From contig JBBDRO010000103.1 of assembly GCA_040905425.1 (NCBI GenBank), positions 13,959-77,958 of the forward strand: 64,000 nt of DNA. Reading direction: 5' to 3'. This stretch comes from Gemmatimonadota bacterium (GTDB taxonomy: Bacteria > Gemmatimonadota > Gemmatimonadetes > Longimicrobiales > RSA9). Below the pieces are notes generated by a model, which saw nothing but the letters and a program-made list of their open reading frames with translations, had not been told where the DNA came from and did no database searches. Position numbers and translations under genes: made by a program. Below are positions 37,858 to 46,243 of the stretch, piece by piece (position 1 is the first letter of the stretch; every line of letters starts with the position of its first letter).

Positions 37858-38958
37858 TCAGGATCCGTCCCGGACCCCCAGACGCCAGAGGTCGAGCACC
37901 ACGTTGCCGTCCTCCAGCTCCCGCAGCCCCACCACGTGCTCCCCGTCCATGAAGCTGGTGTAGAAGCGCTCGGTGCTGCCGCCGGTGGCCACCACGCCGC
38001 CCGCTTCCAGGTCGAACAGCTCGATGACGGGCGCGAAGAGGCGGCGCAGCAGCCCCACCGACGGCATGTTGGCGCCGGTGCGCGCCAGTTCCTCCTCGAT
38101 TTCGGGCAGGAGCGCCATCTCCACGCGGTAGGTCAGCACCCAAGCCCGCCCCGCCGGCTCCACGCCCACGTCGATGATCACGCCGATGGGGGCGCCCGAC
38201 TGCTCGTGCTCGCGGAAGTCCTCGTTGGTGGCCACCGCGGGGAACCAGCCGGTCTCACGCACCAGGACCCGCTCGGGCGTCCCGTCCGGCTGCACCACGT
38301 CCAGCCGATAGCGGGTCCCCTGGGGTGCCAGGAGGGTGCCGTCGGGTAGGCGCGCCAGCGCGTTGTCGAAGGGGGAGCCCATGGCGTCCTGCTCGGGCAG
38401 CGCCAGCGCCTCCCCCACCTCGGTACCCGGGCCCAGATGACGGAGCGCGCCCCCGCCGATGCGCACCACCGCCCGGCCGTCCGCGCCGGGGAGGACGGCG
38501 TCCACGCCCGACACGCTCATGCTGCGCACCATCTCCAGCTCGGGGGTGAGCACGCTCACCCGGCCCGATCCGCTGACCACCCAGAGGGAGTCGCCGGGTC
38601 CGATCGTGACGTCTCCGATGTTGCGGAACTCGCCCGGGCCCTCACCCTCGGTGCCGAACGCCCGCTGGAAGCGGCCGTCCGGGCCGTAGACGGCAATCGT
38701 GCCGGGCGTGTAGGTGGGCGCCACGAAGTAGCGGCCGCGCGAGTCGCGGGTGACGCGGGACTCCAGCATGGGGCCGTGCACGCCCGCGTCCGCGCCGAGC
38801 GCCACCACGTGGGTGGTGGTGACCCGGCACGCCGGGCAGACGCGGCCGGGCGCAATGCGCAGCGTGTCCTGGGCCGCGACGTCCGGGATGTGCCCGGCGC
38901 CGGCCAGGAGGAGCAGCGTCAGGAGCGGCCACGGGGAGCGCTGCGGGGTGAGGCGCAT
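37858..38958 (-). CDS. secreted beta-propeller protein (NHL / 6-bladed-like repeats)
   Basis: ATG 38958 with GGAG 6 nt upstream. Signal peptide WPLLTLLLLAGAGHI. CPACRV motif, and repeated G.G.GEF.....v..... segments (GEGPGEFRNIGDVTIGPGDSLWVV). Confidence 0.6.
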   Translation of the reverse strand: MRLTPQRSPWPLLTLLLLAGAGHIPDVAAQDTLRIAPGRVCPACRVTTTHVVALGADAGVHGPMLESRVTRDSRGRYFVAPTYTPGTIAVYGPDGRFQRAFGTEGEGPGEFRNIGDVTIGPGDSLWVVSGSGRVSVLTPELEMVRSMSVSGVDAVLPGADGRAVVRIGGGALRHLGPGTEVGEALALPEQDAMGSPFDNALARLPDGTLLAPQGTRYRLDVVQPDGTPERVLVRETGWFPAVATNEDFREHEQSGAPIGVIIDVGVEPAGRAWVLTYRVEMALLPEIEEELARTGANMPSVGLLRRLFAPVIELFDLEAGGVVATGGSTERFYTSFMDGEHVVGLRELEDGNVVLDLWRLGVRDGS

Positions 38959-39209
38959 GGATTCTCCGGGAGGACGAGGGATGGCGGAATGACTCGCGAT
39001 GGTGCCCACTACGATGCTTCCGCCGGCGGGGTTTCGGGTGTGTTCGCGGGGGCGCCGCGCGGGCGGGACCCCATCCCCTGCTGAGCCGCGCCGCGTCATC
39101 TGGAACCCCTGGCGCCCGGCGGGTACACGGGTGCGGCAGTAACACAACGGACCGGGACCGGCGGGAAGCGCGAGTGATCCAGGCGGACAGTAACGGGCGT
39201 GGGACCTCC

Positions 39210-40538
39210 ATGCGAGAACGCTTCGGCGGCGCCCTGGCACGGACCACCCGCTCCCTGCGCTCGCGCGGCTTCCGCATCTACTTCACCGGTCAGGGCATCT
39301 CGCTCATCGGCACGTGGATGCAGCGCATGGCCATGGCCTGGCTGGTCTACCGCCTGAGCGGCTCCGCCTTCGTGCTCGGCCTGGTGGGTTTTGCCGGGCG
39401 CATCCCCACCCTCCTGCTGGCACCCTTCGCCGGGGTGGCCGCCGACCGCTGGGACCGGCGCCGCATCCTGTACGTCACGCAGAGCCTGAGCATGGTGCAG
39501 GCGCTACTGCTGGCCGGGCTGGTGCTCGGCGGCGTGGTGCAGGTCTGGCACGTCCTGGTGCTGGCCACCATCCTGGGCGTCTTCGACGCCTTCGACATCC
39601 CGGCCCGCCAGTCTTTCTACGTCCAGCTGATCGATCGTCCGGAGGATCTGGGCAACGCCATTGCGCTGAACTCCACCGTGTTCAACATGGCCCGCCTGGT
39701 GGGTCCCTCGGTGGCCGGCGTGCTCATCGCGCTGATCGGGGAGGGCTGGGTCTTCGCGCTGAACGGCCTCACGTACCTGTCCATGCTGGCCGCGCTGCTG
39801 CTGATGGGATCGCTGCCGCGCCACCAGGCCGCGAGTACCCCGGGCGTCCTGCGGAATGTGCGGGAGGGCTTCGACTTCGCGTGGAATTTCCCCGCGGTGC
39901 GGGCGGTCCTGCTCCTGATCACCACCTCCAGCTTCTTTGCCGTGCCCTTCGTGGTGCTCATGCCGATCTTTGCCATCGACGTGCTCGGCGGCGCGGCCGA
40001 CACGCTGGGCTTCCTCATGGCGGCGCAGGGCGTGGGGGCGCTGGCGGGGGCGCTCTTCCTGGCGGGGCGCTCCACCACGGAGGGCCTGGGGCGCCTGATC
40101 GCCTGGGCGGCCGCGCTCTTCGGGGGCGGGCTGCTCGTCTTCGGCGCCTCGGGCATGCTCTGGCTCTCCCTGCCCATGCTGGCGGTGGCGGGCTTCGGAT
40201 TGATGGTGCAGTCCGCCGCCTCCAACACCTTCCTGCAGGTCACGGTGGGAGAGGGCATGCGCGGCCGCATCATGAGCCTCTACACCATGGCCTTCATTGG
40301 CACCCTGCCGCTGGGCAGCCTCTACGCCGGCTGGATGGCGGAGCGCATCGGCGCGCCGGCCACGGTGATGGTGGGGGGGGCGGTGGCGCTGGCGGCTGCC
40401 GCCGTCTTCCGACGCCGCCTGCCGGGACTGCGCCGGGACGCGGCGGCCCGCCGTGACCCAAGAGCCCGCCGCGCCGAGGTGCCCGGAGGGGGCCTACCGT
40501 CGGGCGCAACCCGCGGATCCATCAGCATGTCCACGTAG
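39210..40538 (+). CDS. MFS transporter (EntS/MFS_3-like)
   Basis: RGFRIYFTGQGISLIGTWMQRMAMAWLVY...GVAADRWDRRRIL, about 12 TM segments. Confidence 0.8.
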   Translation: MRERFGGALARTTRSLRSRGFRIYFTGQGISLIGTWMQRMAMAWLVYRLSGSAFVLGLVGFAGRIPTLLLAPFAGVAADRWDRRRILYVTQSLSMVQALLLAGLVLGGVVQVWHVLVLATILGVFDAFDIPARQSFYVQLIDRPEDLGNAIALNSTVFNMARLVGPSVAGVLIALIGEGWVFALNGLTYLSMLAALLLMGSLPRHQAASTPGVLRNVREGFDFAWNFPAVRAVLLLITTSSFFAVPFVVLMPIFAIDVLGGAADTLGFLMAAQGVGALAGALFLAGRSTTEGLGRLIAWAAALFGGGLLVFGASGMLWLSLPMLAVAGFGLMVQSAASNTFLQVTVGEGMRGRIMSLYTMAFIGTLPLGSLYAGWMAERIGAPATVMVGGAVALAAAAVFRRRLPGLRRDAAARRDPRARRAEVPGGGLPSGATRGSISMST

Positions 40539-40713
40539 GCACGCGGCTACGTGATCGGTCCAGGTGGGGTCGGTAGCGCTGATCGGTAGCCCGGGCGTCC
40601 TGCGTCGGTGGCGATGTCCGGAACATCCGATTACATTCAATCAGCCATGTGTCTGAGCCCGGACCCTGGGACCCTGCCGCGCAGCCACATTCCCACCTCA
40701 GCCGAGCATCAGC

Positions 40714-41971
40714 ATGCCGCAGGACGACGAAACTCGCGTAATTGCCACCAGTGGCAGTCAGGACCATGACGCGCTGGTCTGCAGCGTGCTGGCCGAACGT
40801 TACGAGATCGAGGAGCTGTTGAGCGTGGGCGCGATGTACCTAGGGCGCATTCTCAAGGTCACCCGACGCGACGCCATCAAAGGGCTCCATCCGGACCAGG
40901 ACCGGGATCCGGACGCCAACGCGTGTATCCACCGCGGTGCTCGCAACGTAGGGGCCATTCGCCATCCTAACGTTAGTACCAGCTACGACTTCAGCGAGAC
41001 CGACAGCGGCCTGCAATACCTGGCCGTGGAAGACGTGGCTGGGGAATCTCTGAAGGAAGTTATGGACCGGGAGCCTGCCAATCCCCCAGCGTCCCCGGGC
41101 ACGCTCCCGCTGGAGCGGGTTCTGCGCATCGCGGATCAGGTGGCGGCAGCGCTCCAGGCCGCCCAGGAGGCGGACATCGTACATCGGGACCTGAGTCCCG
41201 GCAACATTATGATCGTCCCCGGCCACGCGGGTGAGGACGCAGTCAAGGTAGAGGATTTCGACCTCTCCAAGGGATCCCGGGCCGGGATCGACCCGGAGGT
41301 CACGCGCGTGGGCTTCGGGGGGGCATGCCGGAGCATATGAGCCCGGAGCAGCTCTGGGGCGGTGAATTGGACGGCCGTAGCGACATTTACTGCATGGCGG
41401 TCGTCCTCTATCGCATGCTCACCGGCGGCCCCCCGTTCCGGGAGGATACCACGCAGGAAGTCGCCTCACCGACGCGCCGCTCCTCCCTCGCACGGAGATG
41501 GCCCCTGAGCGCACCTTCCCGGACGGTCTTCAGCAGATCCTGGATTGCGCGTTGAAGTGCAAGGCCGCCGAGCGCACCCCCACCGCTGCGGTGTTCGCTA
41601 CCGAGTTGCGGGAACTCGTGGGTTGGCACGTGGCGGGTAGCCCTTCCATGGAGGTGCCTGCTACCCTGGTGGCTCCCCTTACCGCACCGGGGGATGCGCG
41701 CCGGGTGCTCGACGGCTACCGTGAGAAGCTGGCATTCGATTCCCCCTCGGATCCCACTACGCTCCGGGCCATGCAGGATACCACCACCACGTTCCACGGC
41801 ATGGCCGAACTAAACGCCCGGGATCGGGGGCTCACTGTGTTCATCTCCGGGAACGTCTCGTGCCTGGTTAGTGATCGATCCACGTGCCTCACATGGGCCG
41901 GGCGTGCAGTGGCTGCGGACGACTCGAGGGTCAACGGGACGCTTCGCCCCCTATGCGAATCCATCGGCTGA
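40714..41971 (+). pseudogene. Ser/Thr protein kinase homologue, split over three reading frames and with degenerate catalytic motifs
   Basis: Frame a (40714-41340) carries subdomains I-VII: RYEIEELLSVGAMY, DAIKGL, IRHPNV, HRDLSPGN (Lys to Ser), EDFDLSK (DFG to DFD). Frame b (41325-41555) continues with MPEHMSPEQLWGGELDGRSDIYCMAVVLYRMLTGGPPF. Frame c (41498-41971) continues with LTDAPLLP...FPDGLQQILDCALKCKAAERTPTAAVFATEL. The shifts fall at the G7 run (41317-41323) and near 41455-41465. Confidence 0.75.
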
Positions 41972-42873
41972 TGACCAACCCGATAACCGACATGAGGCCG
42001 ATGCAGGTCACCGCCTCCGGACGCACGGACACCGGGCAGCGCCGCGGTGACAACCAGGACAGCATGCTCATTGCCGATCTGAGCGCGTCGGGCGGCTTCG
42101 TGCTGGGCACCGACGGCGCCGCAGCCGGCGCGGGCAGTTTTTCACTGGGTGTCCGGGGCGCAATCCTGTTGGTAGCGGACGGCATGGGTGGCGCCGCTGC
42201 CGGCGCCCTGGCCAGCCGCCTGACCGTGAATCACATCCATCAGGCAATCCTACGCCATTGGGTGGCAGAGGGCGCGGCATCGGAAACGTTTCCGGACCAT
42301 CTGCGCGCCGCGGTGGAGGGCGCCGGGGTTCGTGTTGCCAAGGCTGCACGTCAGGATCCGTCGTGCACGGGCATGGGCACGACCGCTACCCTGGCCGGGC
42401 TCCTGGACGGTGTGGTGCACTTCGCCCAGGTAGGTGACAGCCGCGGGTATCTGGTGCGGGACGGTGTGGCCACCCAGCTTACCCGCGACCAGTCCGTGGT
42501 CCAGCAGCTCGTGGACGCCGGCACTATGACGCCCGAGGAAGCGGAGCGCAGCATTCACAGCAATCGCATCCTGCAGGCCGTTGGCGTGACGGAGCCGCTG
42601 CAGGTGGTAGTGAGCACGCACGAGATGCACTACGGCGACGTTCTCCTCCTCTGCTCCGACGGGCTGAGCAGGGTGGTGTCGGCCCGAGAGATGGCGGCGG
42701 CGTTCGGGCGGGAGGTGGACGTGACCGCCGCTTCAGATGCGCTGGTAGCGCTAGCCAACGAGCGCGGGGGTCCTGACAATATCACCGTCGTGGCGGCGCG
42801 GGTGGACGCGGGCATGCAAGAGACTCCAGGGGCGGATCCGGACACGCTCGAATTTCCCTCGCCGCTCCTGTGA
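41971..42873 (+). CDS. PP2C-family Ser/Thr protein phosphatase
   Basis: SGRTDTGQRRGDNQDS, LLVADGMGGAAAG, GMGTTA, AQVGDSRGYL, LLCSDGLS, GGPDNITVV. ATG 41971 overlaps the stop of kinase frame c (TGATG). Confidence 0.85.
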   Translation: MTNPITDMRPMQVTASGRTDTGQRRGDNQDSMLIADLSASGGFVLGTDGAAAGAGSFSLGVRGAILLVADGMGGAAAGALASRLTVNHIHQAILRHWVAEGAASETFPDHLRAAVEGAGVRVAKAARQDPSCTGMGTTATLAGLLDGVVHFAQVGDSRGYLVRDGVATQLTRDQSVVQQLVDAGTMTPEEAERSIHSNRILQAVGVTEPLQVVVSTHEMHYGDVLLLCSDGLSRVVSAREMAAAFGREVDVTAASDALVALANERGGPDNITVVAARVDAGMQETPGADPDTLEFPSPLL

Positions 42874-42897
42874 GGCCGCAGTCGGTCGGCCGATGAG

Positions 42898-43335
42898 ATG
42901 GCCGTAGATATCCGCTTGCGGGTGCTTTCGGACGCCCTGGCCGGCCAGGAAGTCACCAATCAGAGCGCTCCTGTGCCCATGGGTTGGGGTCAAGGACTGG
43001 AGCTGCGCTTCCATCCCGCCCGGGGCCTCGATCCGCCCGCCCGCCAGGCCACGGTGGCGTTGCTGCAAGATCGCTGGATTCTACAGAACCTGCGAAGTCG
43101 GAATGGCACGTTCGTGGCAAGCCGCCGCATCCGTAGACCCGAGACGCTCCAGCACGGGCAGCCTTCACTGGTCCCGAGGGCCCGGAGGTCGATGTCCAGC
43201 TGGCCGGCGTCGGCGTGGGCGCCGAATCCACGCGTGCCTTCTGTGCACCGGACGCTGCACCCGCCCCGGCTCCCACTCCCTCCATCGACTGCGCTCCCTC
43301 GGGCACAGCCGTTCTCCGGCGGGCCTGGCCGCTGA
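42898..43335 (+). CDS. FHA-domain protein, degenerate and probably disrupted
   Basis: FHA-like core: WILQNLRSRNGTFVASRRIRRPETLQHG. The pThr-binding GR and SxxH positions are replaced (MGWGQG, PARQAT). After about 43160 the more protein-like continuation (FTGPEGPEVDVQLAGV...) is in another frame, which ends at 43469 where the transposase remnant begins. Confidence 0.5.
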   Translation: MAVDIRLRVLSDALAGQEVTNQSAPVPMGWGQGLELRFHPARGLDPPARQATVALLQDRWILQNLRSRNGTFVASRRIRRPETLQHGQPSLVPRARRSMSSWPASAWAPNPRVPSVHRTLHPPRLPLPPSTALPRAQPFSGGPGR

Positions 43336-43459
43336 CGCATACCATGTGCGCCAGACCTAAGTGCCACTGTGCCGTTTGCCGAAGGGCAGGGGCATCCGCG
43401 CTGGCAGTTCGGGTGGCGACCTCCACGGAGCAGCAGCTGGGCGTGGAGCCCACACGCCG

Positions 43460-44020
43460 TTCGGCCTGATGTGCATCCAGATCATCGCTGCGGGCAGCGA
43501 TGTCTACCTGTTGGCCCACAACGCGCGGTTCGCGAAGCCAGCAACCAATGCGGCGGACCACCACCTGTCGCTCAACCCTGCTCTCAACCCGGACGACGTC
43601 TTCTGCTTCGGGCACAGGCGGACGGTCGCTAACGATTTCGTGGTACAATTCGAAAAGCGCGGCCTCCAACTCGATCGCAAGGCACGCGGCCGGGTCGCGG
43701 TATGTAGCCGGGTGCTGGTGCGGGAAACAGACGACGGCCGACTGCGGGCAATCTATCCATGCCCCGACGGGAGGGAGCACGAATGCACGTGGACACCAGC
43801 CGCACCCGAACGAAAACAGCGCCACCGCCGAAGCCGCCAGCTGCGGGCCCACGTAAACCGCCGCCCAAACCGCGGCAGATCACCCGTGGCGGCAAGCAGG
43901 CAGGATCGCTCTCGCCAAGCAAAGGCGCGTACGGTGCGGCCCCGACTGGCCTCACCCAGGCTCAACCCGAGTAGGGGACATTTCTATCCGTACTTGACAG
44001 CCGCCGCCGAACATGATTGA
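43460..44020 (+). mobile_element. truncated transposase remnant (C-terminal third of an rve/DDE-type, IS481/ISNCY-like transposase)
   Basis: YLLAHNARFAKPATNAADHHLSLNPALNPDDVFCFGHRRTVANDFVVQFEKRGLQLD...VLVRETDDGRLRAIY matches the remembered C-terminal pattern 'yN.RFa..P....daHrpl.....L..if......RtVsnD.vv.f.n..lQl'. The HTH and DDE catalytic parts are absent, and I found no inverted repeats. Confidence 0.55.
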
Positions 44021-44185
44021 CACTGCTGACACCTGAGGTGTACCATACTAGGGTCGACGCTCGTCCGTAGCACCACCGATACGCTCCAAAGCGTTCCAAC
44101 TATTCCCGGTGTCAGGAACATCCGATGATGGCTTTCCTCTCTGCTGCTCCAGCTACCGCTGGCCGCGACGGGTGCACCGCGGCTC

Positions 44186-46201
44186 ATGGCTGACGCGACT
44201 GACAGATTCGGCAAGTTCGAGATCCGCGAAACGCTGGGTCAGGGCGGCTTCGGCCGCGTGTACCGTGCCTACGACACGGTGCTCCAGCGCGAGGTGGCCA
44301 TCAAGGTCTTCACGGTACACGATCCATCCATCAAGCAGCGGTTCCTGCGCGAAGCTCAGATAGCGGCCAGCCTGAGCCACCCCAACATTGTCGCGATATT
44401 TGATCTCGGCGAGCATGACGGCGACCCGTTCATCGTACAGGAATATCTGGCGGGTGAGGATCTGGAGACGATCATCCGCCGACGTGATGCAATCAGTCTG
44501 CTCACGAAGCTAAACTACCTAATCGGTATCGCCGACGGCATTGCCTTCGCCCACCGGCACGGCGTCATTCACCGTGACATCAAGCCGCAAAACGTGCGGA
44601 TCCTGACGGACGGCTCGGTACGGGTGCTCGATTTCGGGATCGCGAAGCGCGCTGTCGAGGACGCGACCGCACTGACGCAGCCGGGGTCCAGCGTCGGTAC
44701 TGCCGGTTACATGGCCCCCGAGCAGCTGCGCGGGGAACAGATCGATCACCGCGTCGACATCTTTTCCTTCGGCGCACTCGCGTTCCGGCTGCTCACACTC
44801 AGAAGGGCGTTCGAGGGCGATTCGCTGGCGAGCACGCTGTTCAAGATCGTACACGAGGAGGCAGTCTGGCCCTCTGGCGTACGTGAGACCTACCCACCAG
44901 ACCTCACCGAATGCATTGACCGCTGCCTCGCCAAGAAGGCGGAAGATCGGCCCAGCAGCTGCAAAGAAATCGTCGCCGCCTTGCGTGACGTTAAGCGGTC
45001 GGTCGGCTCGGGCGCTGAGGCCGCTGCCATGGTCACCGGCCAGGCTGCGGGCGCGGATCCAGATCAGCAAGCCACCCGGCTCGCGCCGGCCAGAGCTGCC
45101 GCCTATATCCCACCTACTGCACCGTTCAACCCACCGGCGGCAGTCGGCCCGCGGCAGCCCCGGCAGGCGGCATGGTGGAACGCAGCAGTAGGAAAGCGGT
45201 CTGGGGCCGCCGCGGCGGCGTTTATAATCATCGCGACCGCGGCGATGGCTTCACAATCGCTCTCCGGCCGCGCCGCGATCACCAATCCGGACGCGGCTGT
45301 GACCGACGCCACCGACTCGGCCGACGGCGTCGCTGCGCCCGGTCCCAGCGATTCTGCGGACCTCGGCGGTTCGGCGGGCGCACCGGCCGCGGCCACTGAT
45401 GCGTCCGCCGAAGAGCCCGACAACGTACCGAACCAGCCAACCGCGCCTACCCGTGATACCGCCGCGCCGGACCCGGCCGAGCAGCCCACCAACGAGAGAT
45501 CTGCCGCGTTTGCACTCCTCGTTGACGTCGCCAGCCTCGACGGTGGTCTGCAGAAGGGTCTGGCAGCCGCGCTTCGTGGTGACGATCGCATCGATCTGAC
45601 CGCCACGGGCAGTTCTGCCGACCTAGTTATCAGCCATCAGGGCGCTGGCTCGATGCTCCAGGTCAGGGGCAGCGACGGCACTCTGCGCGGAGCTGTCAGC
45701 AGCGCGGACCCGGTGCGCGCGGCCGAGTCGCTCGCCGGCACGATTCGACACGAACTCGGCGTTATGGGGTTGATGCGCCTGCAGAACCCTGCGCAATCGT
45801 TTGCCGTTACCATCGCCCTCGTGGGCGGCCGCCGCACGTTCAGGGTGGGTGATGCCATCGAATTCACGGTCCGCACGCAGCGGCCGGGCTATCTTACCCT
45901 GGTCGATATCGGTCCCACCGGACAGGTCTTCGTGCTGTATCCGAATCCCGATATGCGGTTGGGTGAGCTGCCGGCGGCGAGCGATATCCGTGTTCCGAGC
46001 GGCGCGCATCCGGGCTGGGTGGTCGCACCGCCGGTAGGCCGCGGTGCCGTGCGGGCGATCGTGACATCCAGCCCGCTGTTTACCGAGGGCAGTCAGCCGG
46101 GTAGCGCGGCTGCGGCTGCCCACATACACGAGCAGCTCGCCGCGAGCGCCGGGAGCAGTTGGGCAACGGCACTCGTGACGTACAGCATGACTGACCGCTG
46201 A
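44186..46201 (+). CDS. transmembrane Ser/Thr protein kinase with an extracytoplasmic DUF4384-like domain
   Basis: Intact Hanks motifs GQGGFGRVY, VAIKVF, REAQIAASLSHPNIV, HRDIKPQN, DFGIAK, GTAGYMAPEQ. TM segment AAAAAFIIIATAAMA, then a low-complexity Ala/Asp/Pro linker. C-terminal FRVGDAIEFTVRTQRPGYLTLVDIGPTGQVFVLYPN...GRGAVRAIVTS. Confidence 0.85.
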   Translation: MADATDRFGKFEIRETLGQGGFGRVYRAYDTVLQREVAIKVFTVHDPSIKQRFLREAQIAASLSHPNIVAIFDLGEHDGDPFIVQEYLAGEDLETIIRRRDAISLLTKLNYLIGIADGIAFAHRHGVIHRDIKPQNVRILTDGSVRVLDFGIAKRAVEDATALTQPGSSVGTAGYMAPEQLRGEQIDHRVDIFSFGALAFRLLTLRRAFEGDSLASTLFKIVHEEAVWPSGVRETYPPDLTECIDRCLAKKAEDRPSSCKEIVAALRDVKRSVGSGAEAAAMVTGQAAGADPDQQATRLAPARAAAYIPPTAPFNPPAAVGPRQPRQAAWWNAAVGKRSGAAAAAFIIIATAAMASQSLSGRAAITNPDAAVTDATDSADGVAAPGPSDSADLGGSAGAPAAATDASAEEPDNVPNQPTAPTRDTAAPDPAEQPTNERSAAFALLVDVASLDGGLQKGLAAALRGDDRIDLTATGSSADLVISHQGAGSMLQVRGSDGTLRGAVSSADPVRAAESLAGTIRHELGVMGLMRLQNPAQSFAVTIALVGGRRTFRVGDAIEFTVRTQRPGYLTLVDIGPTGQVFVLYPNPDMRLGELPAASDIRVPSGAHPGWVVAPPVGRGAVRAIVTSSPLFTEGSQPGSAAAAAHIHEQLAASAGSSWATALVTYSMTDR

Positions 46202-46243
46202 GCTTGGCGCGACGATTCATTCATTTCTACACGGGGCCGTTCG

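Noticed and set aside
40532-40553. 7-bp hairpin cacgtag-N8-ctacgtg at the MFS gene end
   Set aside because: The stem is too short and weak, and it overlaps the stop codon. It is not convincing as a terminator.
42953-43852. 299-aa minus-strand ORF spanning the FHA gene and the transposase remnant
   Set aside because: It runs antisense across two unrelated plus-strand homology regions. It has no motifs and is probably fortuitous.
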